From: Bilabrum cf. latius
Taxonomy: Eukaryota
Length of the DNA stretch: 64,000 nucleotides
Direction of reading: 5' to 3'
Assembly (NCBI GenBank): GCA_965178125.1
Contig: OZ237758.1
Coordinates: 558,001-622,000 of the forward strand
In this document: one piece after another, positions 49,242-60,776 of the stretch
How positions within the stretch are numbered: the first letter of the stretch is position 1
Layout of the letters: each line of letters opens with the position of its first letter
Notes under the pieces: model-generated
Seen by the model: the letters and a program-made list of their open reading frames with translations, nothing else
The model's database searches: none
Told to the model about the DNA's origin: nothing
Position numbers and translations under genes: made by a program

Positions 49242-52200
49242 TCAGCTCTGGCCGCCGAGCAGGGCAGCCAGCCCGCCCGCTGCGTCCCCACCAGCACCGC
49301 GCTTGCCACCCTTCTTCTTTTTCTTCTTCTTGCGCTGTTGCTTCTTTAACGGGAGCGCATCTGCAGCTTCCTGTGCAGCTGCCTCATCACCGTCTCCTGT
49401 GCTGCCTCCACTGGCACGTGCAGCAGTGCCACCCCTGCCAGCCTGGGACAGCACGCCGCTGCCATGCAAAGCATCGAACAGCGTGTGGCCGGCCCCGGAG
49501 AACGAGGACGCACCCATCGCCGCCCTGGTAGCCGAGCCCCAGGCACCTCCTTGCACCACCCCTCCTGATTTGCTCGCTGTCCTCTTGGCCAAGCTCGACC
49601 ACAGGTTACCGGCAGCTGGCGGCACGAGCTCCGTTGGCTCCTCGCTCGCCAGCTTCGGCGATGCTAGCCCCAGCTTGCCTGGGTCCGCGTGTTCCGTCCT
49701 GCCCTATGACTACCCCGCTGATGCTTTAAGCGCCTTTTGCATCGCTTCTCGCTCCATTCGACGCCTCTCTGTGGCCTCACGCTCTGCTCGAGCAGCCCTC
49801 GCGGCCTCCTGCAGCTCCCGCCTGTGCGCCCGTAGCGTGCGATCGCGTTCCTGCCTCCGGGCCTAGAGACAGGAGCAGGCACTATAGTGCAGCATCCCCG
49901 GGCCATCTTTGCCCTGAGGGCGACGGGACGGCCCCTTGAGGATATCGCGGGTCACGATGCCTCGCATGTCCACCTCGGCGAGCGCGATCGTGCCCAGCGC
50001 GGGCCAGTGCGGCGGCAGCGCTCCAGACCTTGGCCCGCGCATCCCGACCCGAGCGATGGCATCGGCATCATTGGATGCCACAGCTCGTGCGTCGGCGGGA
50101 TCTAGTCTGGCTTGCCCGCAGTCAACTTCAAGGACAGAGCCGTGCACCACTGGTGGTAGGCACTGGTGCCAGCACACGTCCCGGCCCAGCTCCATTGATG
50201 CTGCCGCAGCCCTTGCCTCTGCTTGTACTCGCAGGAGGGCTGTGCATTCGGGCAGCAGCAAGCAAGGAGCGCCAGTCCACTCCTGGTAGAAGTACACATA
50301 ATCGCCATCGTCATCATCCCGGCGCCGCGAAGCAACTCCACCAGTATGGCCAGAAGAGGACTGCTTGGACTCAGTCACTGGCATCTGGCCTGCAGCTCCC
50401 GTACCGACACTGGCTGGAACATGGCTATGAGCTGGAAGAGGGAGCCCTGGGCCAGTCGGGAGACCCCCCCGAACCGGTAAGGGAGCCGACGCACCTGAGC
50501 CGCTCGCAGGGAGACCTGGGCATTGCGCTGCTTGCCCAGGGACGAAGATGGGCGCGTTCACGTCCAGCGAGAACCCTGCTCGCCCCTGTACAGAACCATC
50601 CGACGACATTATCCCGCCCTCAGTGGGTCCCGTGCCTGCGCGCGGTACGCCGACCCCTAGCGCAGGGGCGAGTACAGACGGCTGCGCGCCGCTGTCACCA
50701 CGAGCCCTGGGCAGCCCCACTGATGGCACATCTTCAACAGGGCCTGGCAGGGTCAGCTGCCGCATCCCTGGTGCTGCTGCTCCTGCAGATGCGCTGCGCG
50801 GAGAGTTGCTATTCGACGGCACGCTAGGAGAGTGGGCTTGCAGCCCAGGTGAAGCAATGGGCATCGCGTCGACGCCCGTGGCCACCAGGGCAGGCGTGCC
50901 CATCTCGCTGCCTGCCGCACTGCCAGTGTCAGTCGCCGTGTCACGTCCACGAGAAGCAGCGCTAGCTGCGATGGATCCATCCAAGGAAGCTGTGCCCGGT
51001 GGGCGCTCGGCCATGGACCTTGGGTCAGTCCTGAGTCCAGTCGCTGCCTGCGCTCCGAGCTGCATGCTCGCGTCGCTGGAACTAGCAGCCGCATTGATCT
51101 GGTCGAGCACTCGTTTGGGCAGCTGATTCAAGGGCCACCCGATGTCCGGATGCACCGTGTCTTCCTCGTTCTCTCCCGCACCACCTGTAGCCTTGATCGA
51201 TTCGGACGCATACACCCCACCCTCGCTCAACAGCAGCTGCCCCATTGCCCTCTTGGCTACCGTCGCCGCGTCCACCCACATCTGCGCGGCATTGCCCATG
51301 TCAAGCTGCTCCTGCACGATCTCAGACACAGCCTCTTGCTCAAATCGGGAGAGCTGGCGAAGACCTCGCTTGGCGCTCCTGCCCTTCAGAACGCTCAGTC
51401 CCCCGCCCACCCCCCAAGCGCCGCTGCTCGATGGCCCAGCGGTACCCGGCGTAGGCAAGGCAGCCAAGCCAGGGCTGGCATCACCGGCAGCTCCATCGCT
51501 TGCACCAGTAGCAGCACCGACCTTGCCCGAGCTGCTCGCACGCGCCAGCATCGGACCTGCCTGGATCGCGGCCCGGGCCGCTTCAGGCGCGGAGACCTGC
51601 CTCGTGAGGGTGGGCCCGGCGCCTGGCTGCTAAACCGCCCCGATGGTCCAATGCCTAGGGTCTGGGGTCGACCTGGCTGCTTCGATGGCGGCATTTGCGG
51701 CGCTACGCCGTTTCTCAACTTCCTGCCGGTGAGGCTCTGCCAGCCCGTCAAGCACTCGCTACAGGTGAGAATGCAGCCGCTGCCGGAAGGATAAGGATCC
51801 CTGCAGTGCGGTGCAATAGGCAGCGGCTGGGTCCTCGGTGCTAGGCATCGCATCCCTTTCATCTGGCCATTGCAGGATCGATGAGGCATGGGTGGACTGG
51901 GAGGTCGTGCCAGATCCAATGCCCGTTGCCTCGGCGCTACCACCATCGACTGCAGACTAGGCAGATCCAATACCAGTTCCTGGAGCAAGGGCCTTTGAAG
52001 AAGATCCTGCTGCACCGGAGATGAGCTGTGTTTGATCGCTATCACATACAGGCACGATACTAGTAGGTAGCTATGGCTAGTGGAAGTGCACTCTCTCAAC
52101 GTGCACCGCTGATGCAGCCGATGCTACATATGCTCTGTGGCCATGGCCAGTTTTATGGGCCCGCTTGACTCGAAGAAGGACGAATGACGTTCGAGGGGGC

Positions 52201-53018
52201 AAGGCAGGGATGGCCGATCGCTCCACATCGACGTGCCGGGGTGCCCTGCCCCCCCTGCGGGGCAGAGCAAGTGCAGCGGTTCGGGGGTGCCTCTGGCACC
52301 CGCTCTAGGAGGCTCTGGCTCTGTTTCTCCCTCTGTCTCTGCCCCTGGCACTGCCTCCTTTTGCTGCTGCTCCGGCCCCGCCCTTGCTTCCCATTCCATG
52401 GTGCTGCATCACCACGTCACCAACCACCTGCTGCTCGCCGTCGTCCAGTCGATCCTTGGCTCGTCCCGCCTACACTGCCAGCTGGTAGGCTAGGCTACGA
52501 GATTGGAACGCAGATGAAGGGGGCTTGGGTACAGCCTGCCCAGAGTACATGGATATTGCCTGGCTGGGTACCGCCACAAGCGGTCGTAGCGTGGAAAGGA
52601 CGAGAGGAACCGCATGGATTGGGCACTTTCCGATGATCTCCGGATACTTAGCACTCAATGACGGCTAGCTATCACTCCCTATGAGATGCCTACACACAGC
52701 CATTATACCAAACTGCTGCCCGTGGGGTGCGATGCATGGATCTTCAGGAACGTCCAAATCGATGGGACAGTATATATCGTCCTCTTGGCTACGGCAGGCA
52801 GCGACTGCGTACTTCCAGCTCCACAAGCACGAATAAACACTTGTTGAATATACCAAACGAGAGCTGAGAAGCGTGTGCACGGCTGGGGGGATTGAAACCT
52901 GTTCAGAGCTCCCAGACGCTGCATCCATTCCAGACTTCGGACCTTTCCTGTAATTCCTTTGCCGTCCCCTGCCGCTCCTGTCTCGATCTACCTGCTAACT
53001 GCGCTATGATCTGTCCAT
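49242..53018 (-). CDS. RNF10/Mag2-like protein with degenerate RING domain
   Basis: One frame from ATG 53018 to TGA 49242 through about 13 TAGs. RING-spaced CPIDL..P...IAPHGQQF...KCPIH...LRP. RNF10-type blocks YVYFYQEWTGAPCLL, LPPVVHGSVLEV and IALAEVDM, a coiled segment and a poly-Lys C-terminus. Confidence 0.75.
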
Positions 53019-53180
53019 CTTACTAATTACTGCGTTGTCAGCAGATATATTGACATGGTTTGTTGGATTCTGTCGCACTCGTCATCACATGTACCAACAC
53101 GTTTCAATACTCTCAAGAATCTGTATTAGGATGTTCGTCGGAACAAATCCATACTAACTACAGCACCGCAGTAGCTAAAC

Positions 53181-54293
53181 ATGCAACAAGGGGCAGCATC
53201 AGGATCTGGGTCAGATGGAAAAGGGGGAGCCGCTGCAGCGGGTCGTACCGCAACTCCTGTTAAGGCGCGATTCGGCTTCATTGGCATTGGCAAGATGGCA
53301 ACAGCAATCATCAAGGGTATGCTGGACAGCGGCATGTCGACTGCCGAAAACATCATCGGATCGGCACCCTCGGATCGGAACATGGGACCCTTGAAGGAAA
53401 TGGGCGTAAAGACTACCCACGACAACCTGGAAGTTGCACAGCGATCTACAGTGATTGTTCTTGCGGTAAAGCCGCAGCTTTTGTGGCCCGTTGTTGAGCA
53501 GATCCGGTCTCGCGTGACGCCCGGCCATCTAATTGTATCGGTCGTAGCGGGTGTATCTACGGAGCAGCTGGCGGCAGCATTTGGCAAGGGAACTCGTGTC
53601 GTGCGAGTCGTCCCGAACACTCCGTGCGCCATCCGCCACGGGACAACAGCGGTCACTGCCGGCTCAAACGCCACGCCCCAGGACACCGAGCTAGTGCGTT
53701 CTATTTTTGAGCAGATGGGCGTGGTCCGCGTCCTCCCCGAGAGGGTCATGGATGTGGTCACGGGCCTGGCTGGCTCCGGCCCGGCCTTTGTCTTCCTTTT
53801 CCTGGAGGCTCTGAGCGATGGGGCCGTGCAGGCGGGGCTGCCGAGAGACGTGGCACACGAGTTCGCAGCGTCCATGGTGCACGGCGCCGCGGCGCTCGCA
53901 AAGGAGACGAGGACCCACCCTGGGGTGCTCAAGGACGCCGTGTGTTCCCCCGGGGGAACAACCATCGCGGGGGTCAGGTCCCTCGAAGACGCTAGGTTCC
54001 GCGCGGCCGCCATGGGGGCGGTTACAACCGCCGCGGCCCGCTCCGAGGAGCTGAGGCTCAAGGGGCCCTCCCCTGCTGAGCTGGCAGCCAAGCTGGCGGC
54101 GTCCAGGGGAGGCGGAGGCGGTGCGACGGCGGTTACTGCGGCTGCGGCCGGGTTTGGCAAATAGGAGGGTTCGTTCGAGGGTTCCACCAAGGCGGTTGTT
54201 CCCTCTGGGGAGGCACCCGCGGCGGCAGCAGCTCGGGGCAGCCCGGTGGCAGGCGGCGAGGGCGGGAGCGGGGCTGGAGACGGAGGGAGATAA
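53181..54293 (+). CDS. P5CR: Pyrroline-5-carboxylate reductase
   Basis: GFIGIGKMA, LAVKPQ, VSVVAG, RVVPNTP, TGLAGSGPAF, VCSPGGTTIAG. Read through TAG 54162-54164 to TAA 54291-54293. Confidence 0.96.
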
Positions 54294-54605
54294 GTGGGAA
54301 ACAAGCGAATGGTGAACCCGTGGTGCCGGTGATATGAAGCTGCCTTCTGTTAATACTAGGGGGGTAGGTCAGAATCGCTAGGTGGTGCTGGGAAGTTATT
54401 GAGGGTTGAATCGATGAAGTCTGCTGGTGACGCAAACAGCCCCTTCTAGTTGTGTCCCACTCCCCCTCTTGCTCCGGTAAGGTCTCAATTGAGCGGCATC
54501 GCAGCTCGGCCCTACCAGAGACAATCACAATTCCACAAGAGCTGCCAGTGGCACGGGTGCGACACCCCGCGAGAACCGCTCCACAGCTGCACCGCACTGC
54601 AGCGC

Positions 54606-55650
54606 TCACGCCATCTGGCCCAGCTCGTTGAACCGCTTGTCCAGCCCCTCCATTGCGTTGGGATCCACGTGGAGGTTCCTCAGCCGGATGCCCATGTACA
54701 CCACGAGCCCAACAACTCCCACCAGGATCAGCATCATGATGACGAGCACGACACCCTCGGCGCTCATGCCGTTGCTCGCCGGCTTCACTTTCTTCTCGCA
54801 TCGTGACCCGTCGTGGCCGTCGTTGCAAAGGCACCTCGCTCCAGATGCGATGGTGTCATACGCGCAAATGCCGTGTCCGGAGCAGATGGACGTCGGCGCT
54901 CGCCCGGAGGCCACGTCAATGTCGGTGCACTCCGTGGGGCAGCCGTAGATGCTCTGGATGAACACGTCGTAGTGGCAGCTGTTGCTCTCCCAAACGGGTT
55001 CTTCCTGCCCGTCGAACGTGTTGTCTGGGTCAGGGGCGCATTCGAAGTGCAGAGAAAAGGACCTGTTCACGCGGGCGCCGTCCACGAACTAGCACCCGTC
55101 GTTGGAACCGCCCTCATACGACAAAACCACACCCCGACCGGGCACCTCAGGGTCTGCGACATGGAGATAAGCGAGAATAAGTTTAAACACTTGGTCCAAT
55201 TAGGCATTTGGTTTGCACCGAGGGCCACGTGCGACTCTTGGGTGCCTTTCTCATCGGCTCGGCTGAGCATGCAGAACGGCTGAGCATGCCCTCACTTGTG
55301 TAATTGAACTTCCATGGCTGTGAGTCTACCGATGCACCCAATGGCTAGCAATTGTCATGAGTCTATGTGGGCCTAGGCTGCATCTGGAATACCGGCGCTT
55401 CCGTAGTGCAAGTCTCTTCGCTTGCCCTTGGCGGAACATCCGTGTTGCCGCACACGTTAAAAACGTAACTGAAATCATGGTTAGGATCATTGGTCCCATT
55501 TCGAATGTCAACGACGCTATAGCTGCTCGCCGCGTCTCTGCTAAGCATGGAGAGGTCGAATGTCACCCCATTCTCTGACCAGGAGCAATCCTGGGCAAAA
55601 ACAACAAGACTGACCGAGCTCAAAACAAGCGTGGAAACTAGTGTGCGCAT
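54606..55650 (-). CDS. Type I membrane protein with MRH (mannose-6-phosphate receptor homology)-like and EGF-like domains
   Basis: Signal peptide, FDLSML, YVFNVCG, GVVLSYEGG..C, RSFSLHFEC, CHYDVFIQSIYGCP, EGF-like CSGHGIC...CLCNDGHDGSRC, TM helix and short tail. Intron 55154-55295; 3 TAGs; stop TGA 54606. Confidence 0.8.
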
Positions 55651-55806
55651 AACTCTGACTGCTGAGATTTCTACAGTATATTTCTAGCCACTTCTTGGAT
55701 CCTTCCGCGAGGATCTGGTTTGGTTGCAGTTTGTAACGTGCTAGAATTTGACAGCCGAATCCTGAGAGAAAACGGTGAGATTCACGAAGATCTAGACCCT
55801 GCAGCC

Positions 55807-56512
55807 ATGATGCGCCAGCTCGGACGTGTCGCCCGACGTGTAAAGGTGCCGAGCTTCGCTGCTCCTGGCGCCTGCATGCACACAGCTCGGTTCATGTCTA
55901 CTGTTCACTATACCGAAGAGCACGAGTACGTCAAGGTGAGATTGCTGCCACACAGAAGCCAATAATTCAGCAGTCATAGCATATTATGCTTGGAAATATT
56001 GTGAGCAATTGTTGCAATTGTGAATTTTTGCTCAATGCGTCGTTTCGCAGGTGGATGGGGCCAAGGCTACCATCGGGATCACTGACTTTGCATAGAACCA
56101 GCTCGGTGACGTGGTGTTCGTCCAGCTACCAGAGGTCGGCGACTCATTTGATAAAGGGTGAGGTAGCCTTGATGCAGGCGTCACTGGTTTGCTTGGGCAG
56201 GTACCGAGGCACGTCAGCTGGGCTCGCAGTGACGGTGCACGTCAACGATTAACACGATTTTTCAAATATCTGAATTCCCGCAGGGATGTTATCGGAGCCG
56301 TTGAGTCTGTGAAGGCAGCTTCGGACGTGTACGCTCCCGTGAGCGGCACCGTGGTGGCAGCGAACGAGGATTTGGCCGAGAACCCGGGCCAGGTGAACGA
56401 GAGCCCCGAGGACAGCGCGTGGTTCTGCACCATCGAGTCGGATGAGGCCAAGCTTGCCGAGGAAACAGCAGAGATGATGAGCGCCGAGAAGTACAAGGAA
56501 TTCTGCGACTGA
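55807..56512 (+). CDS. GCSH: Glycine cleavage system H protein, mitochondrial
   Basis: Arg-rich transit peptide, [27 protein letters not shown], lipoyl motif [21 protein letters not shown]. Exons 55807-55935, 56051-56157 and 56284-56512; stop TGA. Confidence 0.97.
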
Positions 56513-57468
56513 GCAATGCGCGCGCGTCCCAGCAGCCAGCCCCATCGGAGAAGCTCCACGCGTGTCATTGGCTTCTGCCACTGCCTGCGTCTACAATTGA
56601 ATCTATGGAGAAACACGAAAGGCGGCGATCGATTAATATGTGATTCTCTCGTGTTGAGGAGATTTGCAGTCCGAATTCACTTGCATTGTTTCGTGTTCAG
56701 CGCGCACGCACGCCTCTACGTCCTGCCAGTGGTTGAGCAGGTGCAGTCAGTCAGCCCCCGCCCACTTGCAGCGGCTGACCTTAACTCCACCCCGCCCACT
56801 GGCAGCCAGGGTGCTCCGCACCTCAAAAAAATCGGCGGGCCTAGGGCCCCACCTTCCTGCCTGTCTGACCACTTTCTTCCCCCATTCGTCCGCTTGTGCC
56901 TTAAGTCGTGCTTGCTTCTAGGGTAGGGTAGGGGCCCGCGACACGCAACCCACTCCACTGGCAGATCCAGAGCTCCTGATACCACCCAGGCGCCCGGTAG
57001 AGCGAGCAAATCCTCCTTGCCTACCTATTGCCAGCGACTCCCGTCATCCCCTCGTCATTCGGTGCGAGGTCTTCAAGGCGGAATGCATCGCCAGCGGACC
57101 CCATATCAACGAATGGGAGGGGCGAAGTCAGGATCCACCATACTGAGGCCCACTGGGTGTCCCGAGCTGAGAGCATACGTCCTGCCAGAGCAGAGCAACC
57201 GACCTGCAAGACTAGATCTGCCTATCTGGTATTACTCTCGCGCGTGGCAGGTACCCCCAGTGGCGCAGCCGCGCAATCGGTGACCCATCGATGACGAGGT
57301 GGAGCCATCGCGACCATCGGCGATGGAGTGCAGCCGCCTGGCCGTGCAGTGCATTGCAGTGCAATGCAGTGCCGTGCCTACCGCCACTTCCTGTCCTCCC
57401 GATCAACGGATCGGTTGCGCGGATCGATGGTAATCCACTGCTAGATCCAACTAGTCCCACTCATCACA

Positions 57469-59406
57469 TCAGGTACCAGACCCACCCCCCTGCGCCTGCG
57501 AGCCGCCCCCGGCATCTCCCGCGCCTGACCCAGGCGTGGCGCCCCCCCCTCCCTCTCCATCCCCCCCCGCTCCCTTGTCGGCCTTGTGGATGGCTTCGAT
57601 GTCCTCGCGGAGGAACGGGTGGTTCAAGGCCTGCATGGGCCGTATCCTGACCGCGGGGTCCCATTCGAGCATCCTCTCGATGAGGTCAAGGAACAAGGCG
57701 TAGTCACGCTCGGTGTGACCGGTTGTCTCATCGGCTCGCCTGCCGGAGGGTCCCTTGGTGTGCACACCGAGCACGGTCCTCAGGTCCGTGAATACCTTTG
57801 GCTCTCGTGAGGAGGGCGGCTTGGACCTTGGCTTGACCGAGTACACGCTGGGGAGGGGCTGCTTCCCCAGGTGTTCCTTGCGGAACCTCGATCTCCTCTC
57901 CCTCAGCCGCTGCTGCTGCTCCCTCTGCTTCGCTGTGCTCGCCTCCGAGGCGGCTGTGGAGCACTTGCCCGTGGAGTAGGGCACCACCACCACAGAGCCG
58001 GCAGATGCCTCTGGCCCGTCCGACGTCTCCGGCGGCTCGCTGTCCGACATGGGTGCGGAACCGCTTTGCGCGGCGCCGGATCCGCCACCCCCGGATCTGC
58101 CGAGACTGCCTGGCGGAAGCCCCGCCGCCGGCCACTCGTCATCCGACTCCTCGCCCAGCAGCGCCTCAAGCTCCGCCGCACTTCGCCTGACCTTCGAGTC
58201 GCCCTCCTTGTTCCCTGGGTCGCCTGCCCCAGAGGACGGAGCGGTCGCGCTGGTGGAGCTAGAGGCGGACCCTGCAGCAGCCGAGGACGACGAGCCGCCC
58301 TCAGCGGCCGCGCCGGCCCCCGGCGGCAGCGCAGGGGCCTTGCCCTCCTTGGCCCGTTGTTCCCTGAGCTTGGCCAGCCTGCCGGACACGTCCGAAGGGG
58401 TGGCAGCCTCGGCCGGCCGCACGTCGAAGAAGTGCTTGGTTTTCTTCCCCTTCTCAAGCATGGCCCGCGGAGGCAGCCCCTTGAGCGTCACGAACCGCCT
58501 CATCTGGTCGCTCTCGTCCCGGCCCGCGAACAGGGGCACCCCCGTGTGCATCTCCACGAGGATGCAGCCGAGGCTCCACATGTCGATGGCCTGCGTGTAT
58601 CCCAGGCCCAGGATCACCTCCGGGCTTCGGTAGAACCTGGACTGGATGTACACGTACACCTGCTGGTCCCTCCGGCACGACGACCCGAAATCGATGACCT
58701 TGATGGCAGACCGGGTAGGCTGCCTGAACAGGATGTTCTCTGGCTTGAGGTCGCAGTGGATGACGTCAATGTCGGGGAGGGAGAGGAAAGCCAGCGTCTT
58801 GAGGATCTGCCTCGCGAACTTGCGGATGAGGTTTAGAGAGACGCCACGGAAAGAGGTCCTCCTGAGCAGCTCGTATAGGTTGAAACTGAGGTGTTCAAAC
58901 ACGAGGCACGTGTGCCCCGAGAAGTCAAACTGCTCGTAGAACCTGACGATGCACCACTGGTCGTCAGGGTCCATTTTGTTGAGCAGCTCGAGGAGCTTGA
59001 TCTCGGTCTTGGCCTGCCGCCTGAACGCCTCCTTGCTCTTGACCACCTTGATGGCGACCTTGCGCTCTGTTCCGTCTGGATTCGTTTGCTGCGTGTCAAT
59101 CGCGGACACGACCTGCCCGAACGAGCCCCTGCCCAGCGATTTCTGCACCTTGTACCTGCCGTGGATGATCTGCCCCTCCTGCACTTCGAAATCGTAGGCC
59201 TTCCTGCCTTCCTCCTTCTGCTTCTAGCGCTCTCGCTTCTTTTTGTAATAAACCTCGTTGATGAGCTTGTACGTTCCAAGCAGGTGGGTCGTGAGCTTGC
59301 GCATGGGAGCGTCCTTGCTCTGTCTCGATGGCTTCTTCGATTCGTCACTTCCACCGTCACCTCCGTTGCCGCCCGGCCGATCCCCCGACCCGCTTGCCTA
59401 TGCCAT
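57469..59406 (-). CDS. DYRK1-like dual-specificity kinase
   Basis: N-terminal APMRKL...TYKLINEVYY box, GRGSFGQV, HCDLKPENIL, DFGSSC, YxY activation loop VYVYIQSRFYRSPEV. ATG 59406, TAGs at 59398 and 59224, stop TGA 57469. Confidence 0.94.
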
Positions 59407-59936
59407 TGTATCAATATGAAATGGATAATTTGCAACAGCTGGTGTCCGATCTTCTGGATCGGGCTGGCGCTGTGTTCAGGTCCAACAGAACAATTGTGTG
59501 GGCAAAGCCTCCTTCAAGCGATCCGCTTCAACTAGGTTGCAGCCTACAATGCCTAGTCGAATTCAATGTGCTATAGCAATGGCTATTTAGCACTATTCAG
59601 CTTAATCGTATGACCAGGTGTCACTGCAGCCCTGTCTGTATCAGCAGGCCCGTTGGAGACCGATGGTCCACTTGTTGCAATCAAGCCCAGTTGATGCTTC
59701 TGTACGTGGAGCGATTTGAATATTTATAGTACTCTGATTCTCAAGCTCTAGCCCCAGAATCAGCTGCACGTTGTGTGCGTAGATAAAAGAGGAGTTTCTG
59801 TTCAGCCGTTTGCAACCAAGCAACCAACGGCAATCCAATATATCAGTATTAGTTCGCTACATAAGAGGTTGCAACCGATCCGATCCAATTCAACCACGAA
59901 CAGCCAATCGCAAAAGAATCGGCCAGTAGAGGCGCC

Positions 59937-60491
59937 ATGGTGAAGCAGAAGATCCACACCAACCGCAACCAGTCTTTCAAGAACCACCGCAACGGTAAGT
60001 TTGCAGTAGTTATCCGTGATAGGGCACACATGTGCTGTATTCAAGGCATCGTGCCCTCTGTCTGGATTGGTTTGCTTTGGCCTTGGCAGTGTGTCCCATC
60101 TTCTTCCCTATTTGTGCCATGTATGTTAGATACATTGGTATTCAAGCATTTTGTCTGTGTTGTTTCCAGAGTAATACGCCTGGAACGAAGGAAATGGACC
60201 CGCGCGGCTGTGCGAATGATGCAGCATCGCTGAGCTGGACCTATCACGTGCCCAGTTCCAGTACATAGTCTTCGTTGCTTTTTTCATTTGATCTTGCTCT
60301 ATACTTTGCGTACTACTTGTCACCCCTTGACGACTATCTTCTGAGTTTTGCGATCTCTCGCAGGTATCAAGAAGGTGCAGAAGACCAGGTACAGGTCCAC
60401 GAAGGGCATGTGCCCCAAGTTCCTGCGTAACCAGAGGTATGCTAAGAACGGACAGCTGCGGGCAGCCCGTGAGGCCGCCGCCTCCGCGTGA
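59937..60491 (+). CDS. RPL29: 60S ribosomal protein eL29
   Basis: MVKQKIHTNRNQSFKNHRNG|IKK...STKGMCPKFLRNQRYAK. Exons 59937-59994 and 60364-60491; stop TGA. Confidence 0.95.
60105..60268 (+). ncRNA. Candidate intronic box H/ACA snoRNA
   Basis: In the RPL29 intron: hairpin ~60111-60141, ANANNA box AGAGTA 60168-60173, perfect 7-bp stem CTGGAAC 60180-60186 / GTTCCAG 60255-60261, ACA 60263-60265. Confidence 0.4.
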
Positions 60492-60776
60492 ATGCCTCGC
60501 TGAGCAATGACGCAGTAGGGATGTGCCTGTTGGACAGCCATCTCGTCAGTAAATTGCTCCTGCTGCAAAGATGTGGCGTGATTGTACACATTGTGGTGAT
60601 GGACCAGCGCTACGGGGTGGAATGGTTTCGCGGTACAGCAGGATTGCACCGCTACCACGAGCATCACGGGGCGGATCGAGCGCAAGAGACGATTATGCGT
60701 GCATGCAGCAACCGAAACATGAGCGACCAAATCAAACAGGTACCATTCAATATATATTATTAGATCACACTTCAAG

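Noticed and set aside
57340-57375. Short inverted repeat GCATTGCA-G-TGCAATGC in a TGCAG/TGCAT-type microrepeat
   Set aside because: Low-complexity pentamer repeat in a probable 3' UTR with no further structure.
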